Assembly: GCA_040954595.2 (NCBI GenBank)
Contig: CM082576.2
Location: 20,383,028-20,447,027 of the forward strand
Source of the DNA: Balanoglossus misakiensis
Taxonomy: Eukaryota; Animalia; Hemichordata
Reading direction: 5' to 3'
DNA length: 64,000 nt
The notes below the pieces were generated by a model that ran no database searches, was not told the DNA's origin, and saw only the letters and a program-made list of their open reading frames with translations. Shown piece by piece: positions 1 through 13,441 of the stretch. How positions within the stretch are numbered: position 1 is the stretch's first letter; every line of letters begins with the position of its first letter. The position numbers were made by a program, and so were the translations under genes.

Positions 1-374
1 CCGATGTCGGTACTGAATGTCTGAAAATGTCTTGTGTTTAAATAACGATAAGACTGAATTTGTTATTTTTTCTGCTACTTCGGGTAATCTATCTGCCAGA
101 GGGATTACAGAAATGCATGTGATGCTCTGAAACCTGTTCATTGTCTGACAATGATTGCACAGATCTGCCATTCAGTCGCTTTTCATTTGCAGCATATTGC
201 ACTTGTCTGTAAATATTTATCTCAAGCCGCCACAGAGCAATAAAGTTCCTTCTTTTGTTGCATTTCGAATAGATTCATGTAATTCACTTTTATTTGGGCT
301 CCCTAAGTACTAGATCAGCCGTATTCAAGTTCAAAATATTGCTGCTAGTTCCAAAATCACCTTTTACATCAATG

Positions 375-560
375 CAATTTCAGTTGCATTGGTTACCTGT
401 GTCTGATCGTATTGTTTTCAAGATTTGTTTCTTATTTTTGAATTCATTCATAGACTTGGACCATCATATCTGTCTGATATGATCAAATTGTATGTTCCAA
501 ATCGAAACTTGGAGTCAGCTGATCAGCTCAAACTCTGTCCTGTTCAGCCCAATGCAATGA
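375..560 (+). mobile_element. L2-clade LINE 3' fragment (degenerate)
   Basis: QLHWLPVSDRIVFKI...LGPSYLSDMIKLYVPNRNLESADQ, the typical L2 ORF2 C-terminus, with a frameshift; similar to the copy at 46.4 kb. Confidence 0.85.
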
Positions 561-1589
561 TGACAACAGAAATTGCTTGCCTTCAGACACAAATATTTAT
601 TGCATATATCATCAGCGAATAAAGGGAAATGGTTTTGAAGTTACAGTTGGCATTTTGCATTCTCGAAATGTCTACTAATATCCCAGGCCACGATACAGAG
701 AAAAAAAATACACCAGCTGAGCTCCTCACACGTACGTAGTCATGTATGGTAAACCTGGCATTCTGTCCATATGGGACCTACATTTGTAGGCGATAGATCG
801 ATGTTGTATTGAAATCAGGCTAGTAATTAAGTTAAAACTTGGCTAATACGTTACCTTAGGGTGTTATACATTATCCAGTAACTGTTTTACTTAAGAATTG
901 CCTTTCAAAAGCTGTTTTCCCCACGGTAAACGTATTGTTTCACGATCAACGCAACACTTCTGTATTTACAAGGCTAACATGGAGCCGGAGAGGTCAACGT
1001 ATACTTCCGGGTCATATCGTTGAACGACATCGATTATTTTTAAGCAGACTGTTACACAAGCATTTCGAATTAATTTCTTTTCATGGATGTCGGGACCGAT
1101 ATTAGACCTCTCTGTCAGGAAAGTTTGGTTAACTTCCGAGGTCGTTTTCAAATGCTTTTTGACACGTTTATGGATGTCTCTTTCGGGGTCACCAACATAC
1201 CACTGAAAACACGTTAAAAACTTCTACTATTACCGACAGATTTTCATAAAATTTACGTCTGCAGTGAAAAATGGGAATCACTTTCGTAATTTATCCAGCT
1301 AACATGGTATTTTATTGCACAACAGAGCATAAAAATCAAGTTGAAAATCACCTTGAAAATTGGTCTATTGCAGTCTGTTTGAAAGTTAACGGTCGCTCGC
1401 TTGATGAACTTTCATATGCAAATGAGCACCGTGCGATCTGACTGTGTATATGTACTCCGTGTAGACTGAATGGGACCACTGTGTCCTTGACGCAATTTTT
1501 TACACTTATCAGGTATATGTTGACTAACACAAGCAAAAATATCACCAACTCATCTGAGAAATCTTATCCAAGGTCCTAAGGTTGTGAGA

Positions 1590-2004
1590 TTAATAGAATC
1601 TCACACTCCCAAGGACTAGTTGTCATAATTCTGACATGAGTTGGGGATTTTATGTCCCACACGAGCCGCAGGCGAATGTGGGACAAAATATCCCTGACAA
1701 GTGTGGGAAATATGATCCTAGGTCCTTTGTGTATGAGATTATATTTCTCACACGGGCACAAATTAGCCAAATTCGTCTTAAAACATTGAATAAATGACTC
1801 TTGAGTTGTCATCTGGCATGTTGTAGTTTCTTTACCCTGTCATTGGATAACATTTAGCGCACGTTATTAAAAATCGCTTTGTCATCCAATCAGCGCTCGC
1901 GTCATATACAGCTTTCGATTCAGTGAGTGTGTGGGATTGATTTGTTCTTACACTCTGATCCCACACTCTCAGCATGCCAGGAGTGTGAGAATCTATATAA
2001 TTAA
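1590..2004. mobile_element. Hairpin-bearing non-autonomous element (Crypton-like)
   Basis: End inverted repeat ATAGAATCTCACACTC/GAGTGTGAGAATCTAT; ~120 bp hairpin centred on GAGCCGCAGGCGA; CCAATCAG motif. Confidence 0.6.
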
Positions 2005-2320
2005 GATCTACGAGTTTGAAATTTTAGGTGAAGAGTTTATCAATTTCTTTGCCAACCCTGTAGGGCATTCTGGGATATGTGTTCATGCCAAAGCACAAAC
2101 AGTTATGACCTGACAGCTCAGTTTGTACATCATTTCTACAAATCCACAAAGAAACTGAAAGTTTAGAAAAGTCAGGCCTGTTAGAAATATTAGAAATATC
2201 ACTGTTAATACTTAATTTCAAAGCCATGTGAATTTGTTCAATTTAAGAAAATTTTAAAGGAAGGGAGGATAGGTATTGACTTGAATAATTACAATGGATG
2301 TTTTTGTTTTCTATTTTCAG

Positions 2321-2440
2321 ATGTGAATGAGTGTTCAGATTCTGTTTGTGCTGGAGGTTGTCACAATGCAGAGGGTGGATTCAGCTGTAGTTGTGGTGAT
2401 GATGGTTTTTCTCTGAGTGCGGATCATGTCAATTGTTTAG
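2321..2440 (+). pseudogene. Calcium-binding EGF-like exon (open, phase 1-1)
   Basis: ttttcag|...|gtaagt, 120 bp, DVNECSDSVCAGGCHNAEGGFSCSCGDDGFSLSADHVNCL; the next exon is broken, so probably a pseudogene. Confidence 0.85.
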
Positions 2441-4223
2441 GTAAGTTTTTTTTGAGTGGGGAGGGTATAGGCTAACAATGGCTTTGCATTTCCTGCCACA
2501 AAAGGGTGCTTACAGAAGTTGTAAGTTGCAGAGATTACAGTCAGTCACCATGTTAAAAAAGAAAATAATTTAAAGTTATCAGGCACTTTCCATAGTTAGA
2601 AATATAGCGTCAAGGACACTTGGTGCTCTCTCAGTGTGTAGTGGATGACGAGCAGAATGTTTGGAGAACAGTGCAAACACCACAGTGAAATGCTGAACTG
2701 ATTTGCTCATGTAATATTAAATGCAGCCTGATAAGGTAGGTGCTTGACAGGGGGAAAAACCACTTGTCCTGGGCTCTAATAACTGTTTTAAATTAAGTCT
2801 TAAAAATGGCCTGCACTCACAAATGGCCTCACACAAATATATTGTCATTTCCCTCTCAGATTCTGGATATTATGTTATACTGATGGAATTCATTGTGTAT
2901 GTCGTATCAAATTGCACCAGTGCGAGCTATGAGAAATGTGTTTTGAAAAAAAACAGTGCTTAGAAGTACTAGTCTAAAAGTGAAAGAAATACATTTGGAA
3001 AAAAAAAATATCAGACAGCATTCAAGATCAGCTGAAGTGTTTTGATAAAATTTCTCCATATTCAAGTATATACTTTCATGTGCTGACTATAGTAGTGTAG
3101 GTGGTAGCAAAAAAAATACATGAATTGTTCAAACAGAAAGTTCAATCATTTAGTTTCCCCAGTTTATGGGTGCATAGCAGTTGTGAACATAGTATATGAA
3201 ATAAATTAAAATAGTCATTGCTCTCTGGTCCATCATTTTCGCTAGAAGTGACCTGATTTCACATCAATAGTTTCCCACCCGTCATTTCAAGCTAATTTCA
3301 TGTAGAACAAAACTCCTATACAACATAATAACATTTCTAGAACCTTTTTTTGATGGTTGGGCCCACAGACTAACACTAGTGGTTCTAAAAAGAAACTTCC
3401 ATAACAACCTGTACGCTTGATGCATTCAAGTCAGGGCACACCTAACCCATTCAAAATATGCAAATTAGAAAAAGACGCATATGCATTATTTGTGTCCCCA
3501 GAGACACACACAGGAAATCAAGCGAGTGCGGCCACTAGCTGAAAGAGCTGAATTCAATGGATTGCCTTACAATGTTCATGATACAAGGGGGTGATGATCA
3601 ATGAACAGAACAGCGGTCCACTTTCACGCATTGTAGTGCACTGATCATGGCAAGTTGATCATGTCAAAACAAACGACGATGTTAGATAGCAGTGCTTCGC
3701 AAGTTTGACTAATTTGTATGAAAATTGTCTCGCCAAACTTTTTTCTCGCGGGTAGCAAAAACACTGCTGGCTAATCCGTTCCGATTTCTGTCCCTGTTCC
3801 AATTCTTCCGCAACACCTCAAAGCTACACACCACCGCCAAAAACATAAAGCTAGAAAATGGTATGAATTCTTGACGGACGGAAGTAGTTTGACAGACGGT
3901 AGTAGCTCATACCCAACTTGACAGACTCCCCTGTTTACACTTCGGAGCCAAAAAAACGAGTTTGTTGTCTCGTGCATGATATTTTTGGCTTTTAAACACT
4001 ACCTTGTTAAATTTAATGTGGTTACTACATTGTTTGTTTATCAGTATACAGTACTGGTACAGATAAACATATGTAATGACCAAGTTATATGCCAGATGAT
4101 ATTTATTAAGTTTCACACAATTTTGCTCTCTTGTTGTATATTTTCAAATGTGTACTCAAAGAAAACTGTAATTCACATGTATTCATTCTAACACATTTTA
4201 TGATATTTGTGTTTTCCCCGCAG

Positions 4224-4335
4224 ATGACAATGAGTGCGATCAAGCTGGTTTGTCACCATGCCAACAAGTAGGTTGCAACACACCAACCAGTTACCAGAGT
4301 GTGGTTGCAGACCAGGATTCAACATACATGCGTTT
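4224..4335 (+). pseudogene. Degenerate calcium-binding EGF exon
   Basis: ccgcag|...|gtgagt; DNECDQAGLSPCQQVGCNTPTSY then a frameshift to ECGCRPGFNIHAF. Confidence 0.75.
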
Positions 4336-4476
4336 GTGAGTATCTACAATTTGGAGAGAAAGTAAGATGTATGGGTTTGTACTTAGTGTCTTATACATGT
4401 ATATGTGACACTGAAATCATATATTGTACAATCAGTCATTGGTAAATGTCTGCTATTCATGACACAGATCAACATA

Positions 4477-4640
4477 CAGTCAAACCTGTTAGTGGCCACC
4501 TCTATTAGGCAGCCACCTCTATATAGTGGCCACTTTATTCTAGTCCCTGTGCAATTTACAACTACATTAATTGACTTTTCTACAAGGTATAATGGCCACC
4601 TATCTATAAAGGCCAGTTTAGAAAAGTCCCTTCACTAGCC
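4477..4640. mobile_element. Tc1/pogo-type MITE
   Basis: TA|CAGTCAAACCTG...CAGGTTTGACAG with internal GGCCACC repeats. Confidence 0.65.
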
Positions 4641-5118
4641 ATAATGAGCAGGTTTGACAGCTGTTGTGTTGATTTCTGTCTGTTTTACGTGTAACACAAT
4701 CATGACATTTTTCATAAAGAGGGCAGCCTTCCAAAATTAAGTGTCATCTCAATGCAGACAATGTGAAAAAGGCGGTCAGTAGAGTACTGCTCGAGCTCAT
4801 CTAGTTTGTTTTATACATGATACAAGTTGCGTGTAAAACTGACCTTACAATAAAATGTGGCTGTCGAACATAAGTCCTAACTATAGTGTTGATACACAAG
4901 ACTCTCAAGTTTTTACTCTGTAACCGACTGGCCTCGTGTTCGCGTCTTGGAAGGGTAATATGACTGCATAGCAATGTTTTATGACAATTTAGTACATAGA
5001 GAAATGGAATACTGTGACATTATTGACTCTGGGAACTATGTAGATAATGCCCAGCCTAAATATACTGACTGTCTGCAATTATAGTTTTAGCATTTTTGTT
5101 CAATTGCACTTTCAAGTA

Positions 5119-5283
5119 CAGTCAAACCCGTCTAACACCAAAGGGACTGAAGAAATTGTTCAGATTGCAGGTGTCCAATTTAAAGAGGTTCTTTCAACAT
5201 GTGGTTCCATGTCAAAGGGTTTGAACAATGTCTTTGGAATAGACAGGTTTCCCAACAGGGTTCGGTTGAGACAGGTTTTACTG
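5119..5283. mobile_element. Tc1/pogo-type MITE
   Basis: TA|CAGTCAAACCCGTCT...AGACAGGTTTTACTG|TA. Confidence 0.65.
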
Positions 5284-6481
5284 TATTTTGATACATGCTC
5301 TGGCTTAACCCTATCACCACCATGGTTCAGTCTAAACCCGTTTGTTTTCTATAGTAAGGTTGGATCTTTAAAGAGAAAACTGTTTTTTTTTTCTGGGAAT
5401 ATCTTTATTTCTTCTGTCACAAAAATTGCATGGGAATTCTAATTCTAAAAGGAAAACTTATTTGATAAAAGATCTCAAAGTCAAGTTTTGGATGTGGCTC
5501 CAGTTCAAGTATTGTAGGTGACTAGTTTTCTGGAGTTCAAGTCTGTATACTTGCAATAGAGTTGGTCACATGGACTTGGGTAATCTGAGTGTGTCAGAAA
5601 TTGAACTTACATACATTGAGTTGAGTAAAAGAACATGTCTGGTGTATTACTGTAATGTGACTAGATACAGCAAATGCCTTAACTATAAGCGTATGTGAAA
5701 ATACGCAGTTTTCATCGATATATCTGATTCACGAAATTAAATACACATGTTCATTAAAACCTACTATGATAGAGCGCCCCCACTGTATAGAATGTCAATT
5801 TTGAAGTCCTACATCTATGACATCATGCCTAGCTGTCAATGTTAACTGATGTGTACTTGTACTACTAGTAAATGGAAGTATTTTAAAGTAAAGCTCAGAT
5901 GCAAGTTTTTGTAAAATAAATATAATATTAAAACGTTGCAATCATTTTAGTCCTTTGGAACAGAGGTCCAATTGACTAATGTGATCACTCTGTGTGCGGC
6001 ATATGGCATATTAAGCATTTAGTATTTTTCAATCAAAAGCCATTAATCCTGTGATTAATTCTGCTTCTTGCATCATTGATTTAAATCACCACACATGAAT
6101 ATTTTTTTCCAAAGGACTGTGGTGCCCAAGTTTTTATGATAAGATAAACAAACAGTGAAATTCACTGAAGAAGTGAGCGAGCACTTGCCCACTCATTGTT
6201 CAATGAAAGGTGACCACCAAAACAAAAGTATTGAGAAAATAACCCGAAGTTGGAGTTACTGAGTTTTAAATTGATTTCAATAATCTCCCAAGTGAAAAGC
6301 TTGGCTTGGCTGAAGCTCCTGTAGTCATGTTACCTGTAAGTAGATTGACACAGATGACAATGTTTGACTGTTTACACATTTCTTTGTTTGATCTTTCAGA
6401 ACATTTTTTTTCATTTCTGCTGAAATCCAGTCCATCACCAATTGTGATTACTCAGTCCTGTTTACTGTTCATTGTTGACAG

Positions 6482-6669
6482 ATTTGAATCTGGAGGTGGA
6501 AAGGCTGGACACAGGACTGGGATTTCTAAACACCCAACTATGGAGAGCATGGCAGAGACATTTTCTGTCAAAGTGGCAATGAACTGGTATGACTGGCTGT
6601 TAGCTGCACTGGATTGTTACACCTAGGTGTTTGGTGAGAAGTTACTAGGACCAGCAGACTTGTTTTCAG
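6482..6669 (+). pseudogene. PRKDC: DNA-PKcs exon a
   Basis: FESGGGKAGHRTGISKHPTMESMAETFSVKVAMNWYDWLLAALDCYT*VFGEKLLGPADLFS; TAG at 6624-6626. Confidence 0.9.
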
Positions 6670-6896
6670 GTTGGGTCTGAAATTTTTGTCTTCACAAATT
6701 CGCTGAACACTGCGTCTCACGTGACTAAGCAAGACACCTCACGAAGACAGACACAGATACAGGCCATCCACCATTTTATAATGTGTTAGTTTTTTGACAC
6801 TCTGGAAATGGTCTAATGCGCATGTCTGTTGTAAAACTTGCGTACATTTGTGTCAGTAGTTGCATTAATTTTAGCTTCACTTCCATCATAAACTGT

Positions 6897-7508
6897 TGGT
6901 TTTTTGGGTCCCATTGGTATGTACCATGGGACCTTATGGGATCGGATGCGTTTGTATGTATGTGTGTATGTATGTATGGATGGATGGATGGATAGATGGA
7001 TGGATGGATGTCTGTATGTCCACATCAAAAACTTGTAAACCGCTGCGTGTATCACCTTGATATTTGGTGTGCTGATGCAGGCTGGGCTCTAGATGGGAGT
7101 TTGTTCAAATGAAGTTGTCATTGCCAAAAATATGCAAATTAGCTGGAAAAATGTGAATTTGGGCAAAACTCAGTAACTCAAGAAGTACTGGTCAGATTGC
7201 TTTGCAAAGTGGTGTGTATTTACTTTATTGAGTTGGTTTAATTAGGCAGGAACTCCCCTCCTGTGATTCATATGAACACGGCAAATTTCTGAATGATTAC
7301 ATGACTGGCTAAGTTTTAAAGAGGCCAGCTGTTCTATTTAGTGTATGTGTAGTACATATGCCATGGCAGCTTATGGGTCAGTCAGTGTTTGCCCATTGAT
7401 CTCTCGCTATGTGTGTGTGTGTGTGTCTGTATATGGCCCTGTACTCCGGTGTAGACTTTTTCTTTGTAATCACTCAATGGGACCGCCGTATCCTTGATGC
7501 GATTTTTT
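6897..7508 (+). mobile_element. Helentron/DINE-1-like non-autonomous element (HINE)
   Basis: Starts T-run GGTCCCATTGGTATGTACCATGGGACC, then (TGTA/TGGA)n, ends ATGGGACC..TCCTTGA..T-run; copies at 14.8, 19.4 and 53.6 kb. Confidence 0.7.
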
Positions 7509-7920
7509 TCGATGGTAAAGTTGGACCTCTATAGAGGGGACCATTCCGAAGGGGGGGAAGGGTTAAAACTTAACCAATTCTCAATGATATTGATGGTGAT
7601 GTACTTTGCAGGTGTGCGTTACATGTCCTCACAGTATTTAGCAGATAGCAGTCTGAGTGAAGAAATATGTCAATTTGATCTCAACAGTACGTGGGGCATT
7701 CTTGTCGCGATTTTTAAAATATGATTATTAAGGAAGGGTAAAAATGATTGCCAAGAAACGTGACAGATTGACTCTAGCCTGGAAGTAATAGAAAGTTTGT
7801 TTATTAGCCAATGAGATTCCACAATTCTAAATACGGCAGTTTGTGCTTACCTGCCTCTTTGATGTTTGTCACTGAGGCAGGGTACCAGTCAATCTTCACA
7901 TACATCGGTCAATTGTTCTT

Positions 7921-9140
7921 ATACATAATCCCATGATATTTTTCTTTGTTTGACGTCATCGTATACGAGTGGTTTTTGCGGAGCCGTGCAACTTCGTGCC
8001 ATAGGCCAGAAGTTGTACGACTCCGCGAAAACCACGAGTATACGATGACGTTAAACAAAGAAAAATGTCATGGGATTATATATTTATCACATGAACAGTC
8101 TTCTTATTTTCGTTAGAAGAGGTAGGATAAAAATATTCCAATATCTTGCTAAAATATTCGAGCGGCCTTGCAGTTTATTTAGCGGGATTACGTTCTTTCC
8201 CCTGCGCAACGATCTGTGCCCCCCACGAGATATGCTAATAATGGAATCCCTTTCATTCATAAAGTGAAATCGACTTTCAAGTTTATACACTTTTGTGTCT
8301 TGTCTACCAATCAGATTCGCGGAGTCAGTCACATGGGCCAGAATTTTGATACATTCTGCCTGTCAATCATCGTCTCGCGCTGTGTACATGTCAACACAAA
8401 TCATCGCGTCGAGTTCGCCCGCAAAGTTATGCTGCAAGTCACAGTTTGACAGAAAAAATGACGCGCTTCATGTAAAACTTTATGAAAAAATATTACAGTT
8501 CCATTGCCATATATCCTAAAACCGTTATTGTGACAGGATATTAAAAATATTAGTGCAGGAACGATGTTCAAGGTTGTGTTTGCGTCGGCCTGGCTAGTCA
8601 GCGCTGTTGTGTTTCCGCAGAAACTACAACCCTCGTACAGAATCTCATCCTCGAACCCCACACAAATGTTTTCGATTCTCAAACAAATGAACTGCGACGT
8701 TTTTCCACGTCCTATACATTTCGTTGACCGGTGGACAGAATACAGAGTGTTAGTCGTCCCGTTCAGGTGGCTCGAAATCATTCTCGTAACTTCCGTAAAC
8801 CTAAAATCAAGTGTGCTGGCTCGCTTGGGATCGACCAGGCTGGCTAGCTGCAAGCACACATTCACGATCGTAGCGTTGACTTTTCAAATTCTACCTTTCT
8901 CGTATTGCTTTTACCAAGCAATATTCTTTCGCAACCGTCATGGAACCGTCATTTTTATTTCAATCGTGTACAACTACGGGTTTATGCACTTGTTATTCCG
9001 TTTTACAAGGAAGTTATAGCGACGGGCGAATCAGTGAAAATAGTTCCGGTTGATGACGTAGAACAGGGGAAAATTCGGATTTTTTGTTCGACCTGTTCTT
9101 CGTCACACTGGTGGCTATACAGGCCAGTTCATGTGATAAT
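7921..9140. mobile_element. Hairpin-bearing non-autonomous element (Crypton-like)
   Basis: ~160 bp hairpin 7921-8082, then TTATCACATGAAC...GTTCATGTGATAA inverted pair. Confidence 0.65.
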
Positions 9141-9853
9141 CAACACAACAAATAAAAAAATGAAGTTTGTTTGTGGAGTTTTATTTTTTACAGCAACACT
9201 ACCTAATGTAAAACAGCATGTAGTATTGCTCATTTGAAACACAAGCAATCTCATAAGGTTGTCTTTGATTAGTTCGTTCCTCATCAATCAATTTACTCTT
9301 TGAACAGGTGTAATACAGGTGCATAAATGGCTAACCTATTACCGGTAGGTTGGGTCTTCTAAAGCACTGTGTATTACCCAAATAAAACACTGTGCTTGTA
9401 TTTGCAGAATAGACATAAGGCCAAAATATTAAAGTAAATTCTTTATTTTGCACCCACTGAGTATTCTGTTAGCTAGGTGGCTAAACGGTTATAAAACAGT
9501 ACACAACAAAAATCTAGTACAAAACAATTTTTCCTTCATTTTGTCATGCTATATGAATGTCCCTGTAGTGATTTGGTTCAGTGGCTGTCTTATGACTGCA
9601 CAGAGTCATGACTTAATTTTGTGATTCAATATTGTCCATAAGAAAAATTTCCCAAGAAAACTCTGCATGTGTTTTACTTGAAAACATTTGGAAACTTATA
9701 TTTGTGTGGATGTAACACAAAGAATTTACTTTGGCCTAATATTTAACAGACAAATTGACCTATCCTAAGCCAAAGAATTTGCTTGAGCTTGAATTGAATT
9801 TTTTCTGACAACTAGTGTGTCATTATTTGAATTTATTCTATCTTTGCACACAG

Positions 9854-10083
9854 GCAAAGTGCAAAAAACCAGCAGTCTGTTTAAATCGCTGGAGTTCTTT
9901 CTGACAAAGCTTGCGTTAGAAGATATCTATGGTGCAGCCAAGTGTTTTGACACAACTGTGCAAGGACTGGTGTTTACTCCAAGAGAGATGGAAAGTTACA
10001 ACAAGAGCGAATGTACTATCATTGTTCGATTGACTGATTTCCTGACTGTCTTGCTGGCTCTCCACTCCAATGAATTGGGAAAG
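9854..10083 (+). pseudogene. PRKDC: DNA-PKcs exon b
   Basis: cacag|..|gtaagg; KVQKTSSLFKSLEFFLTKLALEDIYGAAKCF..SYNKSECTIIVRLTDFLTVLL..GK. Confidence 0.92.
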
Positions 10084-10270
10084 GTAAGGATGAAGGATGC
10101 AGTTTTTCGCCTCAAAATGTGAGCACAGTGTCATTTATGCTATTTTTGTTATACAAGGGACATGTTATCAATTTTATTTCTGTTTATGTGATATAAGAAG
10201 GGTGAGGTTGATCCAACAAAAAATTACATAAAACAATATTGATTATGAGTAGTGATTTAAGGTATACTTC

Positions 10271-10610
10271 AGAGGAACAAAGTCTCTCTCTCGCTGCCTT
10301 TTATCCATTAACTATGTTTGATACTAGACACCGTTTATGTCATGTGGATATATAGTGAATCAACGTTCGACCACACACACCTTCCATCCCATTTGAAGCA
10401 TATGAGAGTAAAAATCTCGCCAAAATGAATAAACGGTAAACACCAATTATTCAATTTGGTGACTTTTTCACTCTAGTGTCTGCAAGTGGGATGGAAGTTG
10501 TGTGTGGTTGAACGTTGATTCACTATATATCCACATGTAGAATAACATAAACAGTGTCTTGTATCAAACATTATTTATGGAAAAGGCAGCAAGAGAGAGA
10601 CTTTGTCCCA
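10271..10610. mobile_element. Palindromic MITE (Kolobok-like family)
   Basis: ACAAAGTCTCTCTCTCGCTGCC...GGCAGCAAGAGAGAGACTTTGT, almost wholly self-complementary; second copy at 22718-23060. Confidence 0.8.
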
Positions 10611-11004
10611 TTTCACCCAAGTTCTCTCTTTAGAGGTCGTACATTCCATAGGAAACAATGCGTTTGGACTGAACCATGGCTTTGAAAGGGTTAAACAGTA
10701 CTTGTAAAAAGTGTTGTTGATTAGAACTGTCCAGTCAGACCAGCCATTCACCTGTTATATCTCACTTCATCCACTTTGTGATAATTTTCCTTGCCTCTGC
10801 AAATTCTTCAAATATAATTTACTGGTTCAATATGCATTTACGTAGTTACTTGAAGTTCAAAGACAAGTATGACATGCCCTTTAAAAGCTGCTCTAACCCG
10901 GTTACCACAATTGTTTCTATGGTGAAATTGGACCTCTTTAGAGGGATTAGGGGGTGAAAGGGTTAAGAGTGAATATATTCATTTGGTTATTGATGTCTAA
11001 AGGT

Positions 11005-11192
11005 ACTGTAAAACAGTTTATTTTCGCGAGCAATAAATTTTCGCGAGATACACGAGAGCCAAAAAATAGTGAAAATAAAAAGTCGCAAAAAATGTTTTTG
11101 ACAGATAACGATGCAATAAATGAAAATATGGAAAGTGAAAATTAATTCTCGCATAACAGTTGCCTCTTTCATGAAAATAACCTGTTTTACAG
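11005..11192. mobile_element. TA-flanked MITE
   Basis: TA|CTGTAAAACAGTTTATTTTC...GAAAATAACCTGTTTTACAG|TA. Confidence 0.7.
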
Positions 11193-11211
11193 TATACGTT
11201 TGCAGTCCATA

Positions 11212-11880
11212 TTTAGGGGTTATTACACGAATTTTGGTCGATAACGCGTCGTATTCGAGTGATGTCCGTTTTTGGACGAGTTGCTAAGCAACAAGTCAAA
11301 ATACGGACATCATGAGAATGCGTCGCGTTATCAGCCAAAATTCGTGTAATAACCCCTTTATCATACATGCCTACCTATAAAACAGTACAATTTGCGAAAA
11401 TGCGCCGAGAAAAACGATTTCAAATTTGAACGGGCGCCCTGGGATCACGGCAGTAGCCATGTTGTGACATATGACGTGTGGGCCGTAGTATCATTTTAAG
11501 GGGGTTGGCAGCTTTCATTACGATGGGCACATCCGCATTCTAAATAAAATTGTCTACGTTCTCTTTCAAAATATCATGTTAACAATTATTTTGCATTGAG
11601 CATTTCAAAGAAGTAAAAATGATACGTTCAACATGGCAAAACTGCCAGCTTTGAAAACGTTATTACAGCTTCTAATAACCGAATTTTACAACACCCCTCT
11701 CCTCTAGTGTCCTATGCCCCATACGTCGCTCGCACGCGCAGCGAACTGTCGCGCCGCGCGTTCTCAAAAATAGTTCGAGACACGGAGTGAAGATATATTG
11801 CACTCAGTGTAGTACTGTAAAATATCTTCGGGGCGAGAACAATAGAAAGTGCCAAATACAGGCGTTGCATGTATGATAAA
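11212..11880. mobile_element. Hairpin-bearing non-autonomous element (Crypton-like)
   Basis: ~145 bp hairpin AGGGGTTTATTACACGAA...TTCGTGTAATAACCCCT; TTATCATACATGC/GCATGTATGATAA inverted pair. Confidence 0.65.
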
Positions 11881-12207
11881 GACATTTATATGATGACATT
11901 ATCACATTCAGTTTGAAGTAAGACAATGAATGATAATTATTTTTGTTTTCTTCTAAGTGTCCCATTGATTCATTCAAATGCGGTGATTGTAAGTACAAAA
12001 TACACACAAATTACTATTTTAACCATGCAGTGTTACAGAGGCTTAATGAGGCCACAGGAGTAATTTTTTTATTTCATGCCTGTAATAAAAAATTCATGAA
12101 ATAAAAAATATATATTCCTGTGGCCTCATTAAGCCTCTATACAGTGTTAATAGTGTAATGAATGACACCAATTTTTTGATTACGGATTTGATGTTTTGCT
12201 TTAGCAG

Positions 12208-12331
12208 TCCATCCCAAGCAGCTTGTGGAGCACCCATTTGTACGAATGCATCACCAGCTTGTGTTTTAGACCCCACATCTCTTGGTTTTGACATGGGTGA
12301 TGTTGAAGTCATCAATAACTTGCCTGCCAGG
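12208..12331 (+). pseudogene. PRKDC: DNA-PKcs exon c (frameshifted)
   Basis: SIPSSLWSTHLYECIT, +1 shift near 12256, ACVLDPTSLGFDMGDVEVINNLPAR|gtaagt. Confidence 0.9.
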
Positions 12332-12988
12332 GTAAGTATTATTATAAGAATTTATAACGGTTTTCCCCATATTTTAAACAAGTGTGTCTGTGTTGTGGAT
12401 GAGTGATTCCCTTATGGGGGGATTGCAGCTATAAGGGGAATCAATAGTCTGTAACACAGGTACACGAGTGAGGACTAATGACGAGAAAGATATGTTTATC
12501 ACATACATACATCAGCTAATTTTGATTGTCAAATAAAACTTGTTAGGATGAAATTTGGAACTATGTTGTGCCAAAATGAAGAGATCAATATTATGCGGTC
12601 CCATTTGTCAGGTGCCTTTGTGGAAGAATTTTTTTTGCAAAGAAATGATACATAATGAGAATGGCATGAATTTCCTCTTTAGCATGCTATAGTGGGGCAG
12701 TTAACAAAAAAATCGTGCACTTTGGGTTAAAAGCATGAAACTTGGCTGTCATTTTGGATCCATATCAGAAAATGGCCGCCATGGGTCAATGCATAAGTGT
12801 ACCAAGTTTTATGCTTTTAACCCAAAGTGCACAATTATGCCAAAATGTGGGGTTAAGCTCCTGCACTACTAGTTAAAGGGCCGGGTTTGGAAGTGCTAAG
12901 CATTATTTGGTTGAGCTCTCATCCATTCAGACTGGCAGATTGTAGCATGATATAATATTTATAATTGTTATTTTATCATTGGGAGCAG

Positions 12989-13083
12989 ACTTGACAATTA
13001 CTGGGACTGCTTGCACAGAAAGCACCTAAGAGTGTTGTGATGGATTTGAAAAAATGAATCCAGAAGATGCTTGGCCAGAAAGG
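12989..13083 (+). pseudogene. PRKDC: DNA-PKcs exon d (two TGA stops)
   Basis: T*QLLGLLAQKAPKSVVMDLKK*IQKMLGQK; phase 0-2 fits both neighbouring exons. Confidence 0.7.
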
Positions 13084-13145
13084 GTAAGGATTCATAATCA
13101 TTCAGTGACTCAGAGTGCTAATGAAATGGAATTAAGTCTCTCTGT

Positions 13146-13146
13146 T

Positions 13147-13188
<42 letters not shown>
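13146..13188. repeat. (ATC)n microsatellite
   Basis: Direct trinucleotide run. Confidence 0.95.
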
Positions 13189-13264
13189 TCTGTCATTAGA
13201 TCCTCATAATCTCTGAGCAAAATAGACCACCAAAATGACAGTGTCTTATCATTATCTATTACAG

Positions 13265-13403
13265 ACATGATGATATTCTCCTGATTACACCATCTTTACT
13301 GAAAGGCAGTGAGAAGGATGTTAACATTATCAAACTGATTCACATGGTATCAGAATATGAACAGCTTCACAAGGCAAACTTGCTTCCAGCGTTGCAACAA
13401 AAG
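13265..13403 (+). pseudogene. PRKDC: DNA-PKcs exon e
   Basis: HDDILLITPSLLKGSEKDVNIIKLIHMVSEYEQLHKANLLPALQQK|gtcagt. Confidence 0.85.
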
Positions 13404-13441
13404 GTCAGTTACTGAATAAGCCAAAGATGAGGGAGTTCTTA

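Noticed and set aside
108-208. Possible degenerate EGF-like exon (NACDALKP/CSLSDNDCTDLP..YCTC)
   Set aside because: Needs a frameshift and has weak splice signals; too uncertain to list.
8070-9237. Overlapping 100-150 aa ORFs as a transposase or recombinase
   Set aside because: No DDE, RHRY or HUH motifs are recognisable; they lie in a non-autonomous element body.
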